In this document: positions 49,247-58,144 of the stretch, piece after piece
Position numbering within the stretch: position 1 is the first letter of the stretch
How the letters are laid out: the number at the start of each line of letters is the position of its first letter
Assembly: GCA_964007735.1 (NCBI GenBank)
Contig: CAXGAI010000022.1
Location: 1-64,000 of the forward strand
Source: an uncultured Rhodopirellula sp.
Lineage (GTDB): Bacteria; Planctomycetota; Planctomycetia; Pirellulales; Pirellulaceae
Length of the DNA stretch: 64,000 nt
Reading direction: 5' to 3'
Position numbers and translations under genes: made by a program
The notes under the pieces: generated by a model
Told to the model about the DNA's origin: nothing
What the model saw: the letters and a program-made list of their open reading frames with translations, nothing else
Database searches by the model: none

Positions 49247-50260
49247 TTACCAAGTCCAGCCGTCGCGGATTTCAGCATTTACCACTGCCCCGTCCGGCCA
49301 GTTCCCATGGCGAAGATTCGCGATGCACTCGGCAGCCTCTACGCCCATCATGAGGCGAGATAAGTGGTCACCAGATCCAATGTGAGGACTGAAGATTACA
49401 TTGGGTAAAGTGAACAGAGGGTTATCTGCGTTCGGAGGCTCCTCCTCAAATACATCTAGGCCGGCTCCATACAGGTGACCACTCTTCAAGGCATCGAAAA
49501 GATCAGCCTCTACCTGTAGCGCACCGCGAGCCGTGTTGATTAGGACACTACCTGGTTTCATTTTCGAAAGAAAGTTGTCGTTCACCAGCCCTTTGGTTGC
49601 TTCTGTAACCGGGCAGTGGATACTGACGTAATCACTGCGACCTAGTAAGTTATCCAACTCGACTAATTCGATATTGTGCTGAGCTACAAACTCTTGATTG
49701 GGGTATAGCTCATAAGCAATGACCTTCATTCCCATGGCGACGGCTCGAACCGCCAGACTTCGTCCAATTCGCCCCAGACCGATAATTCCCAGGGTCGTAC
49801 CCCGAATGGGAAGTGTTTCCGATTGCGGCCATCGTCCGGCACGACTGTGCTCATCATTTGTAAGTACCCCTTTAGCCACGCCAAGCATCAACATTAAAGC
49901 ATGTTCTGCGACCGATTCATGATTGGCATTTGGGGTGATGCAGACAGCTATGTTGTGGTTGGTTGCTCCGGGAATGTCGACACGGTCGTAGCCAACTCCA
50001 CTTCTGGCGATGACTCGCAATTCAGGACAAGCAGCCATCACGTTTTCAGTGATGATTGGACCTCCGGCAAGTACCGCATTGCATTTTTGCAGCTGAGCAA
50101 TTGTCTCTTCCTCCCCTTTACCTCGAGAGAACGTAGGGTCATCCGGGTAAATGACTTCAAATCCAGCATCTTTAAGTACTTTTACATATTGCGCGTCATG
50201 CATTTCGTACATATGTTCGGGATCGATCAGTACAACGTCAGTAGGCATAGTGCTCGTCAC
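49247..50260 (-). CDS. D-isomer-specific 2-hydroxyacid dehydrogenase (phosphoglycerate dehydrogenase-like)
   Basis: GVGYD.VD, SVAEH, GIIGLGRIG, INTARG, GAGLDVF..EP, SPHIG. Confidence 0.92.
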   Translation of the reverse strand: MTSTMPTDVVLIDPEHMYEMHDAQYVKVLKDAGFEVIYPDDPTFSRGKGEEETIAQLQKCNAVLAGGPIITENVMAACPELRVIARSGVGYDRVDIPGATNHNIAVCITPNANHESVAEHALMLMLGVAKGVLTNDEHSRAGRWPQSETLPIRGTTLGIIGLGRIGRSLAVRAVAMGMKVIAYELYPNQEFVAQHNIELVELDNLLGRSDYVSIHCPVTEATKGLVNDNFLSKMKPGSVLINTARGALQVEADLFDALKSGHLYGAGLDVFEEEPPNADNPLFTLPNVIFSPHIGSGDHLSRLMMGVEAAECIANLRHGNWPDGAVVNAEIRDGWTW

Positions 50261-50355
50261 TTCCTCTTTGATATCTGCTTGTTATTTAATTACTTAATGT
50301 CGTCTTTTTGAGGACTGTAAACAAGCCCACAGACGACTTTGGGATTTGGTGAGGA

Positions 50356-52269
50356 TCATCGGGATTCACTAATGCAAACAACTTCTTTCATTGTGCGGTG
50401 ATAAAGCCGCCCGTCAGCATAAGTGATTGAATTGACGGTCCATGTTTCACCGGCAGGCCCGAGGTCATTGACAGCCAGAATTGCAGAGCGATCGAAGGTC
50501 TTTGCATTGGCATCCAGAACGTAGACCAGTCCCGTCATTGAGGTGAAGTAGATTCGATCGTTGACAACCGTCGGAGCACCAAGAAATGACTTCGTGAATC
50601 CACCAAGTTTGATCCGCGGATCTTGAGCCACATCGAAACCTCGTGAATTCCGTGTGTTATTTGGTTGCACTTCGCCAAAGGTCCATGCTTCCAAACCTCG
50701 GGCTGTTGGGTCAATCTGACTCGGTAATTCCAGATACTCTGTCTTGCCGCTTTTAGTATTTACTCGGGCGACCTGCCATTTGTCGCGAATTAAAAAGTAG
50801 AAATGTTGGCCTGCAACAATGTTCGTATGTCGCAGGTCTATGATGCCGCGAACAACCTGGTTCTGTTGGGTTTCATATTTACCAGCATCTTTGTTCCACA
50901 GCGTCGTTGTGGTATTGCTAAATAAATCGTGTTCGTGAAGTTGATTCCCTGTTTTGGAATCCAATACGGCGAGTTTGAGTTGTCCGGTTTTCAGCCAGTA
51001 CGCATGGCGTTCGTCCCAGTGTTGATTCGCCAAGGCCCCAAATGGAACCTCTTCCTGTGGGTCCCAGTGCCATACCGCTTGCCCAGGCTTGTCGCCGAAA
51101 AGCTTTGTAAGGCTTAGACCGTTCGGTCTCTCCGGCACTTCGTGGGGACCTCCTCTGCCCTGCAGGACATACGGCAGACCATCGAAGGTGCCAAGAATCG
51201 GGGTGTTATAATGGGTAATAGCGTCTTCGGCAATCCAGACGGTTTTACCTGTTTGTTTATCGATTGCCCGTAAGTAGTTCCACCTGCGTTCCCCTTCCTG
51301 ATTCCTTCTGGGGTCACCGTCCGGTAGGGGTTCCACGTTGAGAATCCAATCTCCAGTCAGAATAGGCTCATATTGTTTGTTAAACGGGGCTTTGGCCGAC
51401 GGAGTCCATTCCCTGTACCAGATCCTCTTTCCCTCGACCGACCAGCATCCCATTGATCCGCTGGCATTGACGAACCAAACGTACTTGCCGTCGGTTATAG
51501 GCGTGGGGGAACTGGAGTCGCTAAAGCCATAGTTATAAGGCCCTTCGACCGACCCTGTTAATGGTGTACTCCATCGGAATTCTCCGGTATTGGCGTCCAG
51601 GCAGTAAGCAACGATATCCGTGCCCTTCAATGAAGGTAGCTCCCTAATCTTCTTCTCGATATCGGAATTTTCTTTTTGGATAGCGGCGTAATCCTTTGAG
51701 TGACTAATGCGCACTCGATCCATCTGGCTTGTTAATCTTCGTTGCTCTGCCTCAAGTTCTTTAATTTTGGGGTGGAACCGACGAACGCGGTCTCTTAGTT
51801 TAGCGATGTTTTGCTTTGGATCTTCACCCAGTAACATCTCGATCCGTTTACGGATAAGTTCGGCGATTTGCTCGTCGTGATTTTTGTAATGTGAGTTAAG
51901 AGCTGCAAAGTCAGTGTTGCTATCTAAAAGTTCTCTATCGACGGTATCCCGGATTTGGGTTTTTTGTTGGTTGATGTTCTTCAGCTCGGCTTTCAATTCA
52001 TCCGGATCATGCTTTGGTGTCCAGGGTTTCATGATGGACAGGAAAGCCAGTTCGCCATGAATAGCAATTCCACTTTGACCGCCTTCGGGCAAACTCGTTT
52101 TCCAAAGGATGTTATGTTTCGTACGAACACTGAAATTTAGGGGTGGTTGAGGGCCAGTGACCGTCCAATCCCCGTCCGGTCCGCCAGCCATCGGCCAATT
52201 GTGCTCGGCAGAGGCGGAGAAGGTTGTGAAGGAAAAGAGTAAAAGAGTAAATAGCTTGTACAAGTCCAC
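50356..52269 (-). CDS. PQQ-binding-like beta-propeller repeat protein with a coiled-coil insertion
   Basis: Signal peptide, NWP..GGP, ILWKTSLP.GGQSG, CLDA.TG..RW, SSPTP.TDG, AIDK.TGKTVW, ADGRLYHRT. Confidence 0.75.
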   Translation of the reverse strand: MDLYKLFTLLLFSFTTFSASAEHNWPMAGGPDGDWTVTGPQPPLNFSVRTKHNILWKTSLPEGGQSGIAIHGELAFLSIMKPWTPKHDPDELKAELKNINQQKTQIRDTVDRELLDSNTDFAALNSHYKNHDEQIAELIRKRIEMLLGEDPKQNIAKLRDRVRRFHPKIKELEAEQRRLTSQMDRVRISHSKDYAAIQKENSDIEKKIRELPSLKGTDIVAYCLDANTGEFRWSTPLTGSVEGPYNYGFSDSSSPTPITDGKYVWFVNASGSMGCWSVEGKRIWYREWTPSAKAPFNKQYEPILTGDWILNVEPLPDGDPRRNQEGERRWNYLRAIDKQTGKTVWIAEDAITHYNTPILGTFDGLPYVLQGRGGPHEVPERPNGLSLTKLFGDKPGQAVWHWDPQEEVPFGALANQHWDERHAYWLKTGQLKLAVLDSKTGNQLHEHDLFSNTTTTLWNKDAGKYETQQNQVVRGIIDLRHTNIVAGQHFYFLIRDKWQVARVNTKSGKTEYLELPSQIDPTARGLEAWTFGEVQPNNTRNSRGFDVAQDPRIKLGGFTKSFLGAPTVVNDRIYFTSMTGLVYVLDANAKTFDRSAILAVNDLGPAGETWTVNSITYADGRLYHRTMKEVVCISESR

Positions 52270-52336
52270 GAAGGGTATCCTTTTTCTGAGGAGAGGCCGC
52301 AGTGGTAAGTCACTGAAAGGTACGTGAAGACAGAAT

Positions 52337-53773
52337 TCAGGTAATTAGTTCATTAATAACATGCGCGTCGTATACATCGGTTAGTCGTTCGTTGCGCCCG
52401 TTGTGCTCATAAACCAATTCTTCGTGATTTAGTCCCAATTGATGTAGTACTGTAGCGTGATAGTCAGAGTACTTTGTTCTTTTTTCCACACTGCGGTAAC
52501 CAAAGTCATCAGTCGCACCGTAGGTTTGGCCGCCTTTGATTCCGCCCCCGGCCATCCAAACACTAAATCCGTAGGGGTGGTGGTCTCGCCCCTCACTTCC
52601 TTTCCCTGAATCTCCTCGAAGTTCGGCTCCGGGAGTACGTCCAAACTCGCCGCCCCAGAGAACCAGCGTACTATCAAGAAGCCCTCGTTGTTGAAGATCT
52701 GTTAATAGAGCTCCAACAGGACCGTCTGTTTCCAGACAGCACTTTTTGGTGTTTTCTACATTGGAAGTATGGGTGTCCCAGGGCTGACTTTTCATCATAA
52801 TTTGGACAAACCGGACCCCGCGTTCGATCAGACGTCGAGCCATCAGACAACGTTTTCCATAAGATTGCGTGACAGGATTGTTGAGCCCGTATGCTTCATG
52901 CGTGGTCGCTGATTCCCGAGAGATGTCGATTGCATCGGTGGCAGTTAACTGCATTCTTGCCGCAAGCTCAAGATTGTTAATGCGAGCATCCAGTTCCAGT
53001 TCATCGGGGTGTCGTTCTTGATGTTGTTTGTTTAGAGAACGTAGTAGATCCAGCTTGCGTTGACGGGTGTTACCCAGAAGTGATTTGGAGGGCTGTAAAT
53101 TAAGGATGGGTGAACCCTCACTGCGAAAGGCAGTACCTTGATAGACAGGAGGAAGCCATCCGCTTGACCAGTTTCGTGCGCCGTCCGTGCTTTGACCCTG
53201 TGGATCAGGTAGGGCAACATAGGCAGGCAGGTTTTGATTGACTGTTCCCAGTCCATACGATGCCCACGAACCTAACGTGGGGCGGCCCGGGATGATTAAC
53301 CCCGTCTGCGCTAGCCAAATGGAATGTTCATGGTTTCGATGTTCACCGTACATAGACCGGATAACGGCTATTTTATCGGCGTGTTTGGAAATTGCTGGGA
53401 GTTGATCTGAAAACTCGATGCCGGCTTCCCCGTGTTTGTGGAATTTGAACGGCGTCCCCAATAAATACTTGGTGCGTTCCTCGTCATCAGCTACGGTTGC
53501 GGGAGGCGCCTCTCCGCTATGTTTGTTTAACAGCGGCTTAGGGTCTAATAGGTCTACCTGGCTGGGGCCGCCATGCATAAACAATTGAATGACTGCTTTG
53601 GCCTTGGGTTCGTGGATTGGTGGACGAGGTGTCAGGTTATGAATGCGTGGTTCCGCCTTTGCGTCTTCATTTAGAAGTGTCGAAAGGATCGCTCCTCCAA
53701 GACCGGCCCCTAATTGTTTGAGGGTTTGTCGGCGTGAGATTTCATAATGTTCGCGAGTCGTCAGATTTGTCAT
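52337..53773 (-). CDS. DUF1501 domain protein (partner of the upstream PSD1 cytochrome)
   Basis: SRRQTL leader, IQLFMHGGPSQVDLLDPKP, WDTH, GGEFGRTP, GRDHHP, RLTDV. Confidence 0.9.
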   Translation of the reverse strand: MTNLTTREHYEISRRQTLKQLGAGLGGAILSTLLNEDAKAEPRIHNLTPRPPIHEPKAKAVIQLFMHGGPSQVDLLDPKPLLNKHSGEAPPATVADDEERTKYLLGTPFKFHKHGEAGIEFSDQLPAISKHADKIAVIRSMYGEHRNHEHSIWLAQTGLIIPGRPTLGSWASYGLGTVNQNLPAYVALPDPQGQSTDGARNWSSGWLPPVYQGTAFRSEGSPILNLQPSKSLLGNTRQRKLDLLRSLNKQHQERHPDELELDARINNLELAARMQLTATDAIDISRESATTHEAYGLNNPVTQSYGKRCLMARRLIERGVRFVQIMMKSQPWDTHTSNVENTKKCCLETDGPVGALLTDLQQRGLLDSTLVLWGGEFGRTPGAELRGDSGKGSEGRDHHPYGFSVWMAGGGIKGGQTYGATDDFGYRSVEKRTKYSDYHATVLHQLGLNHEELVYEHNGRNERLTDVYDAHVINELIT

Positions 53774-53792
53774 GAGTGATGTTCTGCGCTTC

Positions 53793-56700
53793 CTAGTCGA
53801 TGTAACTGAATTCGTTACTGGAAAGTAGTACGTGACATAAATCGGTCAATGCTTGCTTAAGAATAGATCTGTCTACAGGGAGGCCCTCTTTAAGAGGCCC
53901 GTGGAACCCTAGTACGCTATCCCAGACTCGGACAACCGAGTCATCTGCTTGCAGTTGGGTGATTTGCCACTGCCAGTCGAAATTGTCCGATGGCAGCGTC
54001 CCGTTATTGTCGTTGACAAATAGTATCTGTTCGCCCTCCTCGACGTCTACTGGAGGTAATTCAAATTCCTTGCGGCCATGGGCGACGACCCACTGGGCCA
54101 ATTGCCCTTTGCGATTGCTGATGGCGGTGACGCGTACGCCGTCGCCCGCAGGGGAGCCATGGTTGACCAGACCGTTAACTTTAATCCTCTGGGAGGAGTC
54201 TGAGGTCCAGCGAAGTATGACTCCCATGTCACCACCGGGATGTCCACTTGTAGCATTAAGGCCTTCCCACATGCTTCCCATGTAAGGGTAGCCCGGGCCT
54301 AATTGCCATTGTTTGTTTTCAAAGTGCGCGAAGGGTTTGAATTCGGTTTTTTCCGGGGTTTCTTTATTTACATTTCCCGTCCCGTACGACCATGCGTCTG
54401 GAGCCCCCGCTCTGGCAGAATAGGCTTTGATTTGACCTTCAAGAAACTCTTGCAGCAAGACTTGTTCCTCCGCTTGCGGTTGACGCCCGTAGGCAGTAGT
54501 AACCGTTCTGGTGACGAGGTGATGCTCACCCTCATTCAGGATTTGTTGCGCAAAAGCTTCGGCGGAAAGATTAGCAACGTCGCTGTTCATAAGTGAAAGC
54601 GCCTGAAGTGGAACGGTGGACTGGCTTCGGCGAATGCAGTTGGTTTCAATGTCCGGCTGGTCAAACAACTGGAGGATGGAAACAGGAGCCGATCGTTTGT
54701 TTCTTATATAGATGCTCCGGCGTTGTGGAAAGCTACCAGAACCAACGACGACTTCTCCGCTGGAAAGAGTTTGGATTCCGACCGGAAATCCATACATGCT
54801 TGAATCCAAGGCACCGGCAATGAAAAGCAAGGAGTCTCGAAGTGACTCCGCTTCGAGACGTTTGAAGTTCTGTCTCCACAGGAGTCTGTTTTGAGGGTCG
54901 GACTGTTCAGCCAACCTGGCTCGGGACGTCGTCCGGCTGGATGACTGCTGGTAGGCTCTGGAAGTCAAAATGGTTTTGTGAAGATGTTTCAAGCTCCAGT
55001 GATTGTCTTCTAGCTCGACGGCCAGCCAGTCCAGTAGTGATTTGTGAACCGGGTTTTCACCTGCCCAGCCGAAGTCTTCGAGTGTAGAGACAATACCTTC
55101 TCCGAAGTGATGGAACCACAGGCGGTTGGCGATGACACGTGATGTAAGTGGGTGACGTGCTTGAGTTAGCCATGTTGCAAATTGTGCTCTTCTGCCGGAA
55201 GTGTATTTCAAAGGCTGTTCTGCTGTCGATTCAAAAGAGATTTTAGTTCGAAGCATCTGAGGCACGCCAGGGCTGACCAGTTGCCCCGGGGTTTGGGCAT
55301 CGCCCCGCAGTAATAATGGCGTGTGGGGGGCGTCGTCCACGTCATAAGCAGCATAGGTGCTGTCGTAGAAGTGCCGCGTATTGTTAAGTCTGGTTATCTC
55401 GGCGTTCGTTTCGTCAAGCCGTTCTTTGAAGTCACCAAGTGTCCCTGCCAACTCTGCCTGAAGTTTGTCTGCGGGTGGCATTAAGTGTTCGGTATACCGC
55501 GATACTAAATATTTCTCAATGTCCGTGCGTTCCGCGTCGTTCTTGGCAAAGGCCGCTTTGACGTCCTCGCGAACTTGGTCATCGATTCCCTCTAGCCGGA
55601 TTTTAAACAGTTCGTTTTTTCGGGATTCAGCTTCGGCGGCCAGTTGGTCGTTGAGTGTTTTAATCGTCTTGTCGACTTCAGCATCGCGTAACGCTTTCGC
55701 GTCTACTTGTTTCTTGCTGGCTAAAATTAAAGTCCTATCGGCAAAAGGAATCCAGTTATCGGGACTGTAGACCGTCATGAGGACCGATTGCAGTTGATAA
55801 TATTCCTTCTGGCTTAATGGGTCGAATTTGTGATTGTGGCATTTGGCACATTGAAGAGTCAGGCCCATCAAGCTTGAAGTCATGATTGAAACCTGAGCAT
55901 CAATGGTTGGGTAGTAGTAGAAACCATTGACGTTTTTGATCGTGTTGAAGTCCGGACGGCTTGAGTCGGGACCCGTTCTCAGGAATCCCGTTGCATCTAA
56001 TGCTTCGATGCTGTCGGCAGAAAGGCGGTCTGCCGTATGGTATTCATTGTAGTAGTTTGAGATTTCATCACCGGCTAATTGTTGGCGAACGAATTCGTCG
56101 TATGGTTTGTCAGCATTTAATGCCCGAATGACATAGTCACGATAACGCCAAATCAGTTGTCTGTCCTGATCGGCTGATAAAACCCCGGCTGAATCACTGT
56201 ATCCTGCAATGTCGAGCCAGTGTCGACCCCATCGCTCGCCATATTTGGGACTGGCCAGGAATTGGTCGACGAGGCGTTCGTAAGCATCTGGGCGGTCGTC
56301 CTGAACGAAATCCTCGATTTGCTCCGCACTAGGAGGAAGACCGTGCAGGTCAAACGATAATCTGCGAATAAGGGTGGCGCGAGTAGCTGCCGGTGAGTAG
56401 GATAATCCGTTTTTTTCAAGCTTCGCAAGCAAGAAATAGTCAATGGCGTTGGTGGCGAGGTTCGAGCTCTTGATCTCAGGTAATGGTACCGATTTAGGTG
56501 GATAGAAGGACCAGTAGTCCAGATCAAATTCGTCGTAATGACCCTCGGAATTCTTGGAGGCGAGGACTTCATTATCATTGGCCACGGCTCCATCGTTAAT
56601 CCACGTCCGGATGACGCCGATTTCTTCTTTTGTTAGCTTAACGCCTTGAAGAGGCATTTTTCCCGAGCTGACCACATCAAAGAGCAAACTGCTTTCTGCT

Positions 56701-56930
56701 GCCGAAACACGAATCGCAGGGCCACTTTTGCCCCCTAAAACAATACCGCCTTTACGACTAAGATCCAGCCCGGCTTTAGCTTTCTCTCCCTGATGACAGG
56801 ACAAACAATGGGCTTGGAGTATCGGCAGAACGGCTGACTCGAATACCAGCGGGCCCTTTTTAGGAGCTTCGTCCGAAAGACAGGTGTCGACGGACAGAAA
56901 TGTAATCACGATAATAAGAAGACGGTTCAT
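53793..56930 (-). CDS. Planctomycete cytochrome c / DUF1549 / DUF1553 (PSD1) protein
   Basis: CLSCH and CAKCH, YGERWGRHWLDIAGY, HNHKFDP, RLEAESLRD, RRSIY, QALSLMN, NEFSYID. Confidence 0.9.
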   Translation of the reverse strand: MNRLLIIVITFLSVDTCLSDEAPKKGPLVFESAVLPILQAHCLSCHQGEKAKAGLDLSRKGGIVLGGKSGPAIRVSAAESSLLFDVVSSGKMPLQGVKLTKEEIGVIRTWINDGAVANDNEVLASKNSEGHYDEFDLDYWSFYPPKSVPLPEIKSSNLATNAIDYFLLAKLEKNGLSYSPAATRATLIRRLSFDLHGLPPSAEQIEDFVQDDRPDAYERLVDQFLASPKYGERWGRHWLDIAGYSDSAGVLSADQDRQLIWRYRDYVIRALNADKPYDEFVRQQLAGDEISNYYNEYHTADRLSADSIEALDATGFLRTGPDSSRPDFNTIKNVNGFYYYPTIDAQVSIMTSSLMGLTLQCAKCHNHKFDPLSQKEYYQLQSVLMTVYSPDNWIPFADRTLILASKKQVDAKALRDAEVDKTIKTLNDQLAAEAESRKNELFKIRLEGIDDQVREDVKAAFAKNDAERTDIEKYLVSRYTEHLMPPADKLQAELAGTLGDFKERLDETNAEITRLNNTRHFYDSTYAAYDVDDAPHTPLLLRGDAQTPGQLVSPGVPQMLRTKISFESTAEQPLKYTSGRRAQFATWLTQARHPLTSRVIANRLWFHHFGEGIVSTLEDFGWAGENPVHKSLLDWLAVELEDNHWSLKHLHKTILTSRAYQQSSSRTTSRARLAEQSDPQNRLLWRQNFKRLEAESLRDSLLFIAGALDSSMYGFPVGIQTLSSGEVVVGSGSFPQRRSIYIRNKRSAPVSILQLFDQPDIETNCIRRSQSTVPLQALSLMNSDVANLSAEAFAQQILNEGEHHLVTRTVTTAYGRQPQAEEQVLLQEFLEGQIKAYSARAGAPDAWSYGTGNVNKETPEKTEFKPFAHFENKQWQLGPGYPYMGSMWEGLNATSGHPGGDMGVILRWTSDSSQRIKVNGLVNHGSPAGDGVRVTAISNRKGQLAQWVVAHGRKEFELPPVDVEEGEQILFVNDNNGTLPSDNFDWQWQITQLQADDSVVRVWDSVLGFHGPLKEGLPVDRSILKQALTDLCHVLLSSNEFSYID

Positions 56931-57048
56931 AGATTAATTTTAACAACCATCTTCCGAACCTGCGAAATAATTATCACAATCCAGCCCGAACTGAAATCAA
57001 GAATCGCTAAAATAAATAAGGCATCAAACAGATAAGGGGAGAAGGATT

Positions 57049-58068
57049 GTGTCAAATTCATTCAGTCAGATAGGGTTGTTGTGCGTGATTACTGTGGTCT
57101 CTTTAGGGGCAAAAAACGCTACTCCATCTGCCCCGGAAGCCTATCGAGCCATTGTTTCCAAATTGGAAATACGGGAAACAGGGAATCTGATGTTTGCCCG
57201 CTATAATGGCGCGAACCTTCAAGTCTTGGAAGAATTCCTTGAACAATATCGATCAGGTATAGAGCATGAGAAAGTTCTTTACCTTCGAGCCCATACGATC
57301 TGGAGCCTCCATCGATATGATCAGGCGCCTGCGGCCTACGCCGAATATATAAAACAGTACCCTGAGGGCCGCTTTACCAGGATTTCCCGTTTGCGTCAGG
57401 GAGCAGCTTATTTGTTCAGTGGGCAGTCAGCCAAAGCGTTGCCCTTGCTGCAGGCTTTGGAAAAAGATTACCCGGATCGCCCTGAAATGTATGGGCGTGA
57501 GTTGGCTTACGCCTACTCACGTACGGGGAAGCAGGAGCAGGCATTGTTTTTTATGGAAGTTGTTGAGGTGAAGATGCAGGCGGCGGGCAAGCAGAGATTG
57601 CTGCCCCGTTTGCAAAGTCATTTTGATATTATTCGCATGGTAGGTAAGCCAGTACGCTCATTTAAGGTGCAGGATCACCGGTCGGGAAAAAAACTCAGTG
57701 ACAGAAGTCTAAAAGGTAAAGTTGTATTTATAGATTTCTGGGCAACCTGGTGCGCCCCTTGTCTTGCTGAATTGCCCTACCTCCAAAAGGCTCATGCCCA
57801 ACTTGCTAAGGAGGGGTTTGAAATATTGTCGATAAGCCTTGATGAAGATCGGGAAAGCTTTGAGCGGATGATCGACGCGAGAGATATGGATTGGTCCCAT
57901 TTCTACGACGGAAAAAAATGGGATAATCAACTCGCCGGCGTATTTGAGATTCACAGTATCCCGGCCAATCTATTAGTTGATAAAGAGGGGATCGTCAGAG
58001 CCGTCAATCTGCGAGGTCAGGCTGTGCTAGATGAAGCGAAAGCCTTGCTTCGACAGAAAGCTAAATGA
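57049..58068 (+). CDS. TPR-containing TlpA/ResA-like thiol-disulfide oxidoreductase, exported
   Basis: N-terminal signal and BamD/TPR-like helices; KGKVVFIDFWATWCAPCLAELP, SISLD, SIP.N.LVD..G. Confidence 0.88.
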   Translation: MSNSFSQIGLLCVITVVSLGAKNATPSAPEAYRAIVSKLEIRETGNLMFARYNGANLQVLEEFLEQYRSGIEHEKVLYLRAHTIWSLHRYDQAPAAYAEYIKQYPEGRFTRISRLRQGAAYLFSGQSAKALPLLQALEKDYPDRPEMYGRELAYAYSRTGKQEQALFFMEVVEVKMQAAGKQRLLPRLQSHFDIIRMVGKPVRSFKVQDHRSGKKLSDRSLKGKVVFIDFWATWCAPCLAELPYLQKAHAQLAKEGFEILSISLDEDRESFERMIDARDMDWSHFYDGKKWDNQLAGVFEIHSIPANLLVDKEGIVRAVNLRGQAVLDEAKALLRQKAK

Positions 58069-58144
58069 AGCGAAACTAATTGCCTTGGATTTGGTTTAAT
58101 GACAATGGGGCGTTAGAAAATTACTTAGTTGGAGTGAAAAGCGG

